DNA of 64,000 nucleotides from Octopus sinensis (taxonomy: Eukaryota), in NCBI RefSeq assembly GCF_006345805.1, contig NC_043003.1, positions 19,468,001 through 19,532,000 of the forward strand, given 5' to 3'. Of this stretch, positions 1 to 13,450 are shown in pieces. The notes under the pieces are model-generated. The model did no database searches. It saw nothing but the letters and a program-made list of their open reading frames with translations, and had not been told where the DNA came from. Both the position numbers and the translations under genes were made by a program. How positions within the stretch are numbered: the stretch's first letter is position 1; every line of letters starts with the position of its first letter.

Positions 1-1082
1 ATCTTTTCTCCAATCTTCCTCACAGAAAGTTTTCACCTTACATAATATTACCTATTATTACTGGCTCTTCCTCATTTCTGAATATTTCCATGAGAAAAGA
101 TTGGTAAAAAAAATGCTGGTAGTCTCAAAGGACATTCTCTGCAATGCAGGCTCAGGTGATGAAATTGCAACAGACTTCTGTCAGCCCAGGTGTTGCTTGA
201 GCTGTGCCTTCTTAACCAGTCCATCTGGTATTGCCTTCTGCCAGGTCAGCCACTGAGATCATAAGCCTTCATTTGCTTGTTTTGCCATTGAGGACTTTAG
301 CTCTTTTTTTAGGTATACTTCTCTAGATCCCCTCAGATCTGTGTGAATAGGTTCTCGTGATAATTTTAGCTGGGATGGTGTTGCTACTAAAGCAGAAATT
401 CAAGTCTTTCCCTGAACATGATTGATCACGTAAGAATGTAAAGACCGGTGCCTGAAGGAAGTTATACACTGCAAGTCACTTAGTAAAGGCTACTACGTCT
501 ACACGACTTTCGAGCCACTTGTTATTGTATGTCTAAACAAATAAAACCATTTCTTTTTGTATTTTGCCAATATCTGCTACTCAGTCATTTCCTCAATTCA
601 TTGGTCTCTAGCTTTCCTTGTGATTAACATTGGGCATCTGATGGACTACACTCAACTATTCACCCACAAATTATATAGCATATATTTATAAAGCTCCAAA
701 AAGTTGTCTGATAATAGTAGTAAACTTGCTATGGTGTGATATGGTATGGCTCGGAATGAATTAATAGTTAGCATAGACTGTTTTGGTAATTTGTGTACAC
801 CTTAAAAGAGAATCAGGACTTGATGCATAGTCAAAGAGGTCTTTGACAACGGGCAACATTCATAGCTTCCCTTCAAAATACTGTGTGCAAGAAATGTTAT
901 ATGTAAATGAGCAGCATTTTATTACTCAATCCAAGAACTATTCAAAATTTGAAATAGAATATTTGATTCAAAAGGCTTAAAGATAATCAGTATTGTGAGG
1001 AAATTTACAAAGTGTTTAAATGTCTTTTAGTAGCATTGTATAAAAATAGTTAAGTCTTTGTATCTTAGAAAAACAAGTAAAA

Positions 1083-2155
1083 TAATCTTAGACTGCTATA
1101 ATATAGTAGTGATCTCTATAGTAATGTTATTTGACAGGATGCACAACGTAGAGATCAAGGAATCTCTTCAGGTTGAGCTGATTCTTCTCCACAATGAGAG
1201 GTCACAGCTTTGATACTACAGACATGATTATAATGCCACAGGAAAAGACCTTAAGACAGATTCAAGGCAAGCCAAGCCAACCAACAGGAGACCTAAGGGT
1301 GGACCAATGAGCAAGATGGTTGGATAAGAGTCTCAGTTGGTCATGTTTGGGAACCCAGCAGGCAAGTTTAATGATGGTTGCTTCTAATAGGACCTTATGA
1401 AGGATGTGCCCAAGGACTCTACCCCATAAGACCCTTCCAAGAATAGTGGGTGGAGAAAATGAAAATGGATTTAGTGATAAACTATAGAAATGTAAGAAAT
1501 TATTATAAAAAGATCCTCAAAAGGAACTTCTTGTTATAATAGCCTCTGAGTGCTTTGATGAAGAAAATAAACAATTTCAATTCAGAAAGTCAGTAAGAGA
1601 TGGCATCTAATTTACAACTTCTCCCATCATACTCCTTTGCTCCCTTAACTTATACAAAGTGAACTTAAATATTTGAACTGAAGAATGTTAGCTAATAAGC
1701 CATAATTATTTTGCTTCAAATTTTATTCAGTGAACCTTCCATCATTTTCTTTTTAATCTACAGGGATCTGAATGGAGATATAGCTGCTTTACATGAGAGT
1801 AAGGAACAAAATTGAGTCCTTGAGTCCTTGGGGTAGAGTCCTTGGGCACATCCTTCATAAGGTCCTATTAGAAGCAACCATCATTAAACTTGCCTTCTGG
1901 GTTCCCAAGCATGACCAACCGAGACTCTTATTCAACCATCTTGCTCATTGGCCCACCCTTAGGTCTCCTGCTGGTTGGCTTGGTTTGCCTTGAATCTGTC
2001 TTAAGGTCTTTTCCTGTGGCATTATAATCATGTCTGTAGTATCAAAGCTGTGACCTCTCAATGTCAACCTGAAGAGATTCCCTGATCTCTACATTGTGCA
2101 TCCTGTCAAATAACATTACTATAGAGATCACTAACTATATAGCAGTCTAAGATTA
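1083..2155. repeat. Long inverted repeat (arms 1083-1426 and 1829-2155)
   Basis: Arms of about 330-340 bp, highly similar, with one ~20-bp indel and a ~400-bp spacer. Confidence 0.92.
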
Positions 2156-2236
2156 ATTGAAGTGAAGCCTAAAATTAATGTTTTACAACAGAATTAATAG
2201 CTTGTTTAATATGAAACTTCATCACCAATTCATTAA

Positions 2237-2454
2237 CCCTTTCGTTACTGTATCTATTTTGAGATGCTGTGTTTCTTTCAATTATTTTAAATATAACAAA
2301 GAATTTAGTAAAATAACTTAGTTATCATTCAGCTGGTGTTAGGAATATAAATTATGACTAAGATTTGGGTGAAGATTTTAATTCAAAACTTATGGAAACA
2401 AGACATTTGTACTCAGAGCCAGAGCTGGTTTCAGCTGGGTTGGTAACAAAAGGG
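2237..2454. mobile_element. piggyBac-like MITE, family 1
   Basis: TTAA|CCCTTT...AAAGGG|TTAA. Confidence 0.85.
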
Positions 2455-2788
2455 TTAAGCATAATTCAGGAGACATGGTGGAGCAACAAACTTTTCATAC
2501 AAGGTCAGAGGGAAAAAAATGTGATATGTTTATCCTATGTACCAACCTGCCCTATTATTGACAAAAATCAATATTTGTAATTAAGATGTCAAAAATGAAA
2601 AAAAAAAAAAAACTCGACATAAAACTATCTGCATCTTGATTGTTAAAAGGTGGAAAATAATGTGGAGAATCAATCTTTGTTTTGATAAATCTAGTTTGCT
2701 CAATACAAAAAGTTTAACATTAAGAGAAGATTGAAGAGAAACTAAATATTAAATCATCGTATGTATGGTAAACAGTGAGATTCAAAAT

Positions 2789-3077
2789 AATGACTTGCAT
2801 ATTTATTCATAATGTGTTCCAGCAGATTCAAACATGAATATGCAAATCACTGCTGTGCTCATCAGAATCCCTTGCACTAATGAAGTGAGTGTTATGAACT
2901 CATATTCATAATAAAAGGAAAAGCTGTTTTCCTGTGGTGTGTATGCTAATTACTGTTGTGTCCATCACAAAACAGTTTCTCTTTTATGACGAATATGTGT
3001 TCGTAAAATAATTCATTAGTACAAGGGATTCTGATATTCAAGTCTGCTGGAATGTATTAAGAAATATGCAAGTCATT
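2789..3077. repeat. Imperfect palindrome, MITE-like
   Basis: AATGACTTGCATATTT/AAATATGCAAGTCATT and three further paired blocks. Confidence 0.75.
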
Positions 3078-3612
3078 GTAAAGAATAATCATTTTGGAAT
3101 AATTTAACTTTACTGTAAGCTTGCCTTTTGCAGATCTATTGTCTAACATTGTTAACCTTCTACAAACTATAAGATGTCTATGCTAAGAGCAATTTTGGAA
3201 AGTTACATTTTGTAACAAACAAATCTTTTTTTAGTTGATATTTTTGTTTCAAGCTAGTACAGTATTTCTCAACTAAGGTTCCTCATGAAAGTCACAAGGG
3301 GTTTCTGAAAGAGGTTACTAGGATTTTCTGCAAGAAGACACAATGGTTTTCTGCAAAAATATTGCTAGGGGTTCCTGCAAGAAATGGTGATAAAATTACA
3401 CAAAATGCTTTCATATAACTGTTATGAACAAATACATTTTAAGTAATTTTTGCGTTTAATTCTATAGTTATAATTTTATTACAAACATGCAGCATATTTT
3501 CTAAGGAAGGGAAATTCTGACAAATGTAGATAATGAGACCGAATGGGAAAATTGGCCTCTAGGGAATTGAAGCAGATTTTAGTCTTAAGATATTGGTGAA
3601 AACACTTCTTAA

Positions 3613-3829
3613 ACCTTTCATTACCAACCCGGCTGAAACCGGCTCTAGCTTTGAGTACAAATGTCTTTTCATAAACTTTGAATTAAAATCTTCCATCAAG
3701 ACCTCAGTCACAATTTATGTTCCTAACACTAGCTGAATGATAACTAAGTTATTTTACTAAATTCTTTTGTTATATTTAAAGTAATTGAAAGAAACACAGC
3801 ATCTCAAAATAAATACAGTAACAAAAGGG
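3613..3829. mobile_element. piggyBac-like MITE, family 1, inverted relative to 2237
   Basis: TTAA flanks and reverse-complement similarity to 2237-2454. Confidence 0.85.
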
Positions 3830-5074
3830 TTAAAACTTCTTTGTGGTGTTTAATGGATTTAACATTGCCAAACCTTTCATAAAACTATTTCAATGACACT
3901 TTTATAATATGTTTCTTCTCTTATGAAATTTAACTTTGTGAAAGAGAAAAAATATTAACAAAGATATAAAATTTCCCTGAGACAGAATGTATTTCAAAGG
4001 TTCCTCAAAAGTAAAAAGTTTGGGAAAAAACTGAGCTAGAAGAACAAGGATATCTGCAAATGTTAAAATAAACAAATACAAAGGAAAACCTTTATATATA
4101 ATTTGAATAAGAAATCTATGATGAGGTTACTGTATTTGATGACATAGAAGATGTACTTTTGAAATGCCTATAAAAAAAAACCCTCTGGTCCTATATGCAA
4201 AGTTGGGCCTCCCAATAGCTTTAATGTACTAAAAACATTGTTTCCTGAATGTGTACAACTGGGGTGCAGCGAATATACCCATGTATCTTCTATACCATCA
4301 AATATGGTAACTAAATTTCTTTTACACAAAAGTTATGAAATGGATATTGTGTTTAATATTTTCTTTTGAAAAATTGCTTTCATAATAAAAATACAAACAA
4401 ACAAAAAAAATCCCATATGAAAGGTGGAAACATTTTGAATTCATATTGTGCAAAAGTATTTAGTGTAGGTCAATTTAAGTAGATGACTTCACATGACTTC
4501 AACTATATTTGAAGGTATAAGTTTTAAAAATAAAAAAAAGTCAACTTGTGATTTTTAAAAATATCATTATTTATTAAGTATGATAGCATCGAGATAATCA
4601 ATGTTAAACAAAATTGGCTGGTTTTTAATTAATAGAAATGATGAAAGAGAGAGAGAGAGACAAGAAGAGGAAGAGAAAAATGCAACATGGCTACTGCTTA
4701 AGTGGTTTAATCTACTGAAAATAAGCAACTTCAGCACTGCCTCAATTTAATCCATAAAAAAAATTAAAAAATCAACAACATTGGTTGACTAAGTTAAGAT
4801 ATTTCAATGAAAATAATTATCATGAAAGTAAAAGAAATTTGATACCATTATCATTGAACAACAATCTTCCTACAAGTTACTTCTCAAAATTAAAACAGCT
4901 TAGATGGAAAAGATACACATATGAACCAACATCTAAGTTATTTTGGTGCTGCTGTAGAGCAAGAAGTAAACTCTTGAGTCCATGGGTCACTTTTTAACCG
5001 AAGAACATTAACTATTCAAAGTACATTATGATTCCTAGCAGAAATACTTATCATTTACATAAGCTTACTTCAGT

Positions 5075-5900
5075 CAAAATCCAAGTCAGAAAAGCACAAG
5101 CTTGGACAGTGCTTCACAAACTCAAGAGAATATGAAAATCAAATCTGTCAAGGGAAACAAAAATCAGGCTGTTTTTTGTTCCTGTTGAGTTAGCGCTCTA
5201 GGTGGCAGTGAAACTTGGACACTTACTAAACAAGCAAAGAAAAGTTTAGATGGCTGCTATACAAGGATGTTACATTGTTACAAATGGCCCTGAATGTTAA
5301 ATTGTAACAGCATATGACAAATGGACATCTCTCTGGAAGCTTTCCAAAAGTGACCAACAAGATCAGAGAATTTTCCAGAAGAATGTAGTATTTATTTTGG
5401 GCCACCATGTGAATTGAATAAAACTGTACTATGTACCAGCTAGCAGTGTCTTCTATTATAATTATCCCCTCCATAGATGCTTTATAGGAATATTAAAGTC
5501 GACCCCAACTACTAGATTGATACTCTATTTTATCATGCAGAAAAGGTTGAGAGGTAAAGTTCACCAGAGAGAGATTTGAACTCAGAACATAAAGGGCAAT
5601 AACTAAATGCAAGAAATGTTAAATGGTAACAGCATATGACAAATGAACATCTCTCTGGAAGCCTTTCAAAAGTGACCAACAAGATCAGAGAATGTCTCTG
5701 CAGATCAGGGCCATTGCATGCAGCACCAGAAAAAAGAAAAAGAAACTAAACTTGTGCTCTGGGACCCACCGCATGGTACCAACAATTGTGGGAGATGACC
5801 CACCTGAAGGGAGACACAAGATTGGATTCTATCCCCAAGCTGGCGATGATGGATTGAGATGTTTGGTGAAATGGCTTTGTCTTCAAGGTGGGAGCCAGGC
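5075..5900 (+). mobile_element. Degenerate non-LTR retrotransposon RT C-terminus (RTE/RTE-X-like)
   Basis: KAQAW..HKLKRI*KSNLSRETKIRLF, GSETWTLTKQAKKSLDGCYTRML, GHCMQH and KLVLWDPPHG, with stops and frameshifts. Confidence 0.75.
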
Positions 5901-7807
5901 CACAGTAAGTACTACATTTCTCAATAAATGCTTGGCTTTGTTCTTAAGCAATTATAAAGCTGTTGAAATTAATGTAGGAAATTTTGGAAATCAGAGAAGT
6001 TGGGGCCTTTAAGTGTTTTCCTTTGATTAATGCCAATTAGCAGCTTCTCGTGTAAATGGAATAAATTAGACAGTAACAACAGAAAACAAAATTCAATATT
6101 TGGTGACGTTTTAAAGCTTTTTATATTTATATCCATACAATTAACAATATTCTAAAACAAAAAATTAAATATATCTACAACTTTAAACTAAATCACTGCC
6201 ATTTATCTACCATATATTACCCTGCTCCACTGTTACTTCACATTTGATCATAAAAATAATATTTACATGGTAAGACTACAAGTGAAAAAACCCAAGTGTT
6301 CTAAGAACCATCCTTTCAGATGATGTGGCTAAAACACTACATCAATACACACATGTTCACAAACTCTTTTTTAATGGTTTTGTCTTGAGAGAGTGATCAT
6401 GTGCATGGACTTTGCTGGTTCTCCAAGACTAGTGAAAAGTTCAATGACATCACAAAAGTGATGAGCTTGAATAATTGCAGAAAACATGATCAATGAGGGG
6501 AATTCCAGGAGACTGATATTCTGTGGAGGAAGGACTGGAAAAGTGATTAATGAAAGGTTTAGGAGGCATATAATATGGATGATAAGGGAAGGAGAGATGA
6601 AGGAATCTGGTAGACCTGAGTGAAGATGATAAAAGACCAGACAACTCTAATGAAAGATCTGTCCAAACAGCAATATAGGCCCCTGGGCAAAGCAATGCTG
6701 TAGAGTCCCCTATAAATGTAGCTACAGCATATATAGATTTGTATTGAGTCAATAGACTTGTTGGGGCCCAGCCTTAGGACAACATTGCTTCAGGGAACAA
6801 ATGTCAGTATGTAGTGTTAGAAGAGGTACAGTGAGAAGACAGTACATAACAGTTGGATTCATTCTGCTTGGCCCATGAACATATTTCCCCACCAAATGCT
6901 CAGTTGGCTAGTTAGCAGCTAGAATATCTAATTATGAATTCAACAATCCACAATGTGCAGTTTTCATCTACCAAATCAATCACAAGGTTTCAGTAAACCT
7001 GGGGTTATATTAAGGCACCAAAGATGCCATGCACTAGGACTGAATCTGTGGTTGGAAAGTGAACTTAAACCACACAGCCACGCTTGTGCCTATTTTACAC
7101 ACATACACACAATCACTTTAAGCCCCTCTCTGAGAAAGCCATGAATATATCAATATAATTCTCCTGTAAATTTTTGGTTCTGCATATGTTTAATTAACAT
7201 GTTGAATTAATTGAACATACTTAGGCTTTCCTGTATACCAGTCTTCATAATTGTATCATGTAGAAAGAAACAATGTAAATTTCGTGGGCCCATATCTTTT
7301 TTGCTTTTACCATAAAACACTTTTTGACAACAGAATTACAGTTCAATCAATATTTTGAAGCCTTAGATGACTAAAAGAGAGAGCCTGCCAAGCTAGTAAT
7401 CTTGAACCCAAGTAAAAGCAATGCACTGGGTCCCTATATACATAACAAAACATATATATTAACATTGGATCTCTAGAACCTGTGGGCTCCAAGGTAACTG
7501 CCCAGGGTGCTTATGACTTAAGATGACACCACAGTGACGGCTTCGATTGTTGGTTGTTGCTAATATTTTAAGAGTTTATTCTCACAGAGCATTCCTGTTA
7601 TCCACTGGAATAACCCAATGAATTACATAATGGAAGCAAATGTATATTTTGTGAACACCTTTCCCCTTAAGAGTAGACTTTGATTATTTAACTGATAAGG
7701 GATTTAGACAGAAGAGCCAAATGTGAAATAGTAGATTATAATTTAAATATTTCTCCAGTTTGTCCCTTTCCTCTCTAGGTTCTACATCTATTTTAATGTT
7801 TTTTTTT

Positions 7808-8188
7808 ATAGGAGTGGCTGTGTGGTAAGTAGCTTGCTTACCAACCACACGCTTCCAGGTTCAGTCCCACTGCGTGGCATATTGGGCAAATGTCTTCTAC
7901 TATAGCCTCGGGCCGACCAAAGCCTTGTGAGTGGATTTGGTAAACGGAAACTGAAAGAAGCCTGCCGTATATACGTATATGTGTGTCTGTGTTTGTCCCC
8001 CAACATCGCTTGACAACCAATGATGGTGTGTTTACGTCCCCGTAACTTAGCAGTTCGGCAAAAGAGACCGATAGAATAAGTACTAGGCTTACAAAGAATA
8101 AGTCCTGGGGTCAATTTGCTCGACTAAACGTGGTACTCCAGCATGGCCACAGTCAAATGACTGAAACAAGTAAAAGAGTAAAAGAATA
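7808..8188 (+). mobile_element. tRNA-derived SINE, family A (internal microsatellite)
   Basis: GGAGTGGCTGTGTGGTAAG...GGTTCAGTCCC head. Further copies at 31365-31772(+), 37180-37565(-), 46375-46760(+), 47318-47733(+), 51665-52078(+), plus partial copies at 6955, 22262, 40325, 41965 and 55915. Confidence 0.9.
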
Positions 8189-9753
8189 ATTGTAGTACAT
8201 TGGACAAAATGCTTAGTGACATTTCTTCCAGTTCTTTATGTTCCAAGTTCAAATACCATTGGAGGTTGATTTTACCTTACATCCTTGGTGGAAAGGGAGT
8301 CAAGAAAATAAGTACGAGTTGAACACTTAGTCATTGTAATCAACTTGCATTCTCTTCTAAAATTACTGGTCTTGCACCAAAATTTGAACCAATTTTATTG
8401 AATAAACACTAAATAGCTGTAAGCAATTTATATAATTTACTTTATTTTATTAAATTTGTCATAAAGACAGTACAAAGAGTAAGGTAGCTTTGCGGGCTGG
8501 ACAAGACATTAATGAAATGAATGATAACGATGCAAAGATGATAAGGATGGGAGAAGACAGAAAGCACCCGCCCACCCTCTGCTTCTCTATAACATTGTTC
8601 TTACACAAACATACATTGAGGTATTAAACCTCTTACAATTCTCCAACACATACCATTTATTTGGGCTAAAAAGTCCATTACAAATTACAATTTATACAAT
8701 TTACTTACTTAAAACTAGGACAAAAAAGAAAAAAATGTAGATTCAACACATTTTGTAGGGCCCTGGTTTAGCTGCACCATAGTGAATCTGGCACTTAAAC
8801 ATTTAAAGAATTTTAATTAGGAGGGAGGAAAAGGCATTGTTTATGACCCTTTACAGTGCCTCTAAAACTTGTGGGAGGAAGATAAATATCTTTAAACTGG
8901 AGATCAGGCCCAAATGCCTGCAACAGAATGGACTCCACTAGTGATACCTAAGGACAGGTAATGGTGTTAAACCAGGAGATAGATTTATTCTCCCATCAAT
9001 GTAGGCCATGGAAGGATTTGAACTCAATGCAGAGAGCTGAAACAAATACAATAAGACATCTGATTCAACATTCTCACAATTCTATAAATCTACCATCTTG
9101 GATTTTTAAAAATTAATTCTGAAAGGACGAAAGGCAAAGTTGACCCTTGTGTGCCAATCTTGAGATAAAAAAAAAAAAACACCTGCAAAACTCTTCTTTT
9201 GGAGCCCTAAGCATTCGCACTTTTAAATAATGGCTAATCTAAGCCTGAGTAATTTTCAAGCAAAATCAAGAGTAAAGGTCAATGAACTTGTACTGTTAGG
9301 AGAGGCACAGAAAAAAGATAGTACATAACAGTTTGTCTCATTCTGCTTGGCCAACAGACATGTCCTCACCAGCTTCTCAGTTAAATGGTTTGCAGTTAGA
9401 GAGAATATCCAGTTATGAAGTCAATTAATCCAACAATATGCAAAATAGTTTACAAAAAGGAAAGGGGTAAAAAAGTAGTTTCTAAACTTATTGCTTATTA
9501 AGCATAATGCAACTGAATTAGTTTTTTCAGTTTACTTCAGTAAATTGTAACAAGATTAGCCATTACAGGTATATTCCAATCCAATTCCACTCAAAGCCTG
9601 GATCTCCCTGAGTCACTTGCCAAAAGTGCTGCACAATAGAACCAAACTTAGTGTACAATAGAACTACAAAACAACCTTCTTAAACACATAGCCATGTGCC
9701 CATGACACCTGGTAACATGCCACTTGCAATGCCTTGATGCTTGTTCTTAAGGA

Positions 9754-10129
9754 TCTCTATATATATAAACGGCAAAATGTCTGTGTGTGTGTGTGTGTGT
9801 GTATCCTTTATACAAATCCACAATTTTTCAGTCAGAGAGCTCGCACTTTCTGTGGTCATTCAAAACCGTCCAAGGGTGGTCGTGCACATCTTTACATTTC
9901 CCCAGTCACCTCGCAAAACCATTAAAAAATAAATAGAAGTGACTTTTTTGTGAATTTTCTATCCAAAACCCAATCAAAATGCCCAAAACTTGATACGCCA
10001 ATTGAATGCCAGCTAGCTGCATGTGATTGGTCGGAGATTTGGACAGTACTCGCGTGTATGTGCACACGCACGCAACTGTATATGCATGCACTAGCACTAT
10101 GACCTGGCAACACCAGGTCATAGTGCTAG
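9754..10129 (+). mobile_element. Non-autonomous Helitron
   Basis: A|TC start (TCTCTATATATATAAACGG), an 18-bp-stem 3' hairpin, and a CTAG|T end with no TSD. Confidence 0.85.
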
Positions 10130-10156
10130 TGGTGCTTTATTTGGGTTATAAGACAA

Positions 10157-10368
10157 CCCTTTTGTTACCATATTTCTGTTGAAATGTACTGCCTTTGTTC
10201 CAAACTATTTTGAAAATAATGAAGAATTTAGTGAAACAACTTTGTCGTTATTATGCGAGAGTTTGAAATAAGTTAAAGTTTCAATGGATGTTTTAATCCA
10301 GGGTCACTTTAAAACAGGAAGTTTGTATCACAGAAGGGGTAGTTTTGGGCTGGTTGGTATCAAAAGGG
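10157..10368. mobile_element. piggyBac-like MITE, related subfamily
   Basis: CCCTTTTGTTAC...ATCAAAAGGG|TTAA. Confidence 0.75.
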
Positions 10369-10706
10369 TTAAGCATATGACAAACGTTTCCCTTTTTTCT
10401 GGAAGTGGTGCCAATGCATTCAGGTGAATTTTCCATATGAATGTAGTATCTAGTTTGGGCCACCATGTGAATTGAATAAAACTATACTATGTACCAGCTA
10501 GCAGTGTCTTTTATTATAATTATCCCCTCCATAGATGCTTTATAAGAATATTAAAGTCGACCCCAACTACTAGATTGGTACTCTGTTTTATCATGCCCAA
10601 ATGGTCGAGAGGTAAAGTTCACCACAGAGAGGTTTGAACTCAGAACATAAAGGGTAATAACTAAATGCAAGAAATTTGTTCGACGCTCTAGCGATTCTCA
10701 ACTCAC

Positions 10707-10907
10707 TAGGTCCCAATATTTGAACTGAAAACGAACAGGTTATTAGTCTAGAACCACATTCAATTATGCTTTTTCTTTTATTTTTTTTACTTCCACGTTT
10801 ATATCCTTAGGAAAGACATGAACACCACGAATTCCCATTATTATCTCTGATAAAATATAGGATTCCAGTATAGACGTAAGGAATATTACAGGGTCAACAA
10901 GAAACAT
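10707..10907 (-). CDS. Candidate exons 10907-10791 (MFLVDP...MGIRGVHVFPKDINVE) and an 18-nt microexon 10724-10707 (FKYWDL)
   Basis: Both are phase 0. The microexon has a TTTTCAG acceptor and GTGAGT donor. The intervening intron would be only 66 nt. Confidence 0.25.
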
Positions 10908-11071
10908 CAATATTTAAAGAAAAATTTTTTAAAAAAACCTTCGGCATTCAAAAGACAGAATAATGAATTTTAGTATATGTGGCAGACAAGGAAATCTATA
11001 CCACCAATGCAAAGTCTAAAAGTTAGCAATGTGGAATCGTTTATATTAGAGACGTGTAAAATAGAGCAAAA

Positions 11072-11107
<36 letters not shown>

Positions 11108-11656
11108 AAGTCACTTCAACATCATAATAGAGACATTAAGGTTTGGGATGACTTTAATATAAAGAACTAATGCGATATGCATTTTCCCCCTTTCAAAGTT
11201 ACATGCGTGTCTCTATATACCAACTCACACAAATGTATGTGTATACAGACACGTAGTCGATAAGCATTCCGTAAGTTAATAGCAGATCAACTGCATGTCT
11301 AGTATATTTTGGGGGAGTTTAGGCGAAAAATTTTATATACTGTACACATATGTGCGTGTATGTATATATATAATCTCAATCCAAATAGGTTTGCAATATC
11401 AGAATCTTTGGGGCAAAAATGAGAAAAAAAAAAACTTTGAGTAAAGCAATTTGCACTTTAAATTTTTACTTAAAATCCAATGAAGATATTTTCACAGGTT
11501 CCAATTTAGCTAGAAGATAGGAATTACAGAAAAATGTAAAATAATATAGAAATTACAAAAATTATAAAAGGATAAAAAGTATAGCTACAAAAAAAAAATA
11601 CTTTATTGACAGTTGAAAAAAAAATTACGTGTAACATGAAGATACTACATACATAC

Positions 11657-11761
11657 GCTGAAGAAATTGCTGATCTTAGCGATTTTCATGGATTTCATGT
11701 TTTGTGTTATAATAAGAGTTAAGAAAACTAAAATTAAAGTGGGTGGAAGAAGGAAACTGAT
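11657..11761 (-). CDS. Candidate exon of the minus-strand gene (ISFLLPPTLILVFLTLIITQNMKSMKIAKISNFFS)
   Basis: Pyrimidine tract + TAG acceptor, GTATGT donor, 105 nt, phase 0-0, hydrophobic stretch. Could be chance in AT-rich DNA. Confidence 0.25.
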
Positions 11762-12732
11762 CTAGAGTATACGGGAGGAAAGGAAATTCTAACCAAACTC
11801 AAAAATTATCGTTAACGAGGAATGGAAAAGCAAGTGAAGGGCTTATCCGAGACGTAATAAGATAATCTTTAAAATAGTTTTCAAGAATCAGGTATCCGTG
11901 GTCCTACTTCGCCTGCTTTTACTTTTTTCCAAAAACCATTTTATAGTGTGTGTGTGTGTATTATACATACACATATATTATTAGCGAAAGGCCCTACGGA
12001 GAACTCGTCCGTTTTTTTTTTTCCAGTTTTACAGGACATTAACCAGGCTCTCACTATCAAAATTGAAGTGTACATTCTAAATAATTGCGTATAGAATCGG
12101 TAATTGGATTCTAGTGCGTATGTGTGTGTGTGCATATATATATATATATATATAAGCACGCACGCACACATCTTGCCTATTATTAACTTAAAGACGAACA
12201 CCAATTATACAATTAAAACGTGACACATCTCATTTTGTGTATCTCGCTCTTACATTCACAAGTGAATCACGACTATGTCATTTTTTGAAATCTAAGGCAG
12301 AGAAAACTAAATTACGTGTTTTGATGTAAAGTCAAGAAACGGATTTTAGTCAGTGCTATAAAGCAGAAGAAACTTCTAGCACCAGCCACCTTTGCTAAAG
12401 ACAAAAATAAATAAACAAACATCAGTTTGCTAAAGCTTTCATCTCTCTTATGTCAGAATAATTGTTATGATTATTTATAAATTAAAAATATATATTTTTT
12501 TAAATGCAGCTGTAAACAATAACAAAAAAGTTAGAGCACCTTGCAGTGCGAATGATGTAAATTTGCTTTTATATTACTACGTACGCGTAAAGAAATTGTC
12601 TTGTACAGTATACAAGTCGACGTTAATTGCAGCCAAGATTTCCAAGAATACAAAACAGCATCACTCGATTATTTTTCTGTTAGCATAGCGATGATAAAAC
12701 CATACAGGGAATGCAAATATCAAAGAACTTAC

Positions 12733-12774
12733 CTTATAAATACAGGCTTTAACACTTTGGTATAAGCGAGACAT
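12733..12774 (-). CDS. Candidate first coding segment of a minus-strand gene (MSRLYQSVKACIYK), product unknown
   Basis: ATG at 12774 with an upstream in-frame TAA, strong GTAAGT donor, and CAG acceptor near 12834. Confidence 0.4.
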
Positions 12775-13199
12775 CGTGACGTTTTAATGTAGCACGCCAA
12801 CAATGTTTCGGTATCGGAACTGCACGGCTACCTGGTTAGATTTTTAGGCTTTCTTTGTTTTGCTTAAGATTTTCTTGTGTCTTGAAGGAAGACAAAAAGT
12901 ACCAGCAGAAATTGGTTTCTTCAGATGTCTGCCTAAATGTCCCTCCTCCTGGATTCCGCTGGTGCTTAACTGAGTAAGCATACACGCTTAACAAAATATG
13001 ATTATATATCTATATCGCTCTCTCTATATATATACACCTATCAATGTATATCCGAAATTCTGTCACTGACACATTGACTTTTTTTTTAAGAGGGGGCGGG
13101 AGGGACTGACTTATAGTTTTGTAAATTATATTTTTCTCGTTCCCCTGGCCACACACATACACAAACAAAATGAATGGAATTCGTATAAATGCTCTTTAT

Positions 13200-13450
13200 C
13201 AATCATACAGCCTCCAGATTAAAAGCGAAAATTGCGAGACGGTATAATGAAAACGTAGCGAGGGATGGTGATGAAATAATAACAGCTACAAGACGAAGAA
13301 GTGAAAAAGGAATACAGCTGCCACGTTGTTTATTTTGCCATGTTGTTAGTCGCTGACATCTGAAACCAATTTCTGATTGGTCTAACGCCCTGCCTCGTTT
13401 TCATTTCAGCGAATGCAATTTCAAATCCAGACTCCGAACTGGCGATGTTT
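13200..13450. promoter_or_regulatory. CpG-rich promoter-like region, probable TSS of the minus-strand gene
   Basis: CCAAT/ATTGG pair at 13366-13380, YY1-like AACATGGC on the minus strand at about 13337-13344, and a GTATGA donor at about 13208. Confidence 0.45.

Noticed and set aside
6450-6752. 100-aa ORF as a gene
   Set aside because: It overlaps a GGCCCCTGG MITE remnant (related to 62221), has no splice support and shows no motif.
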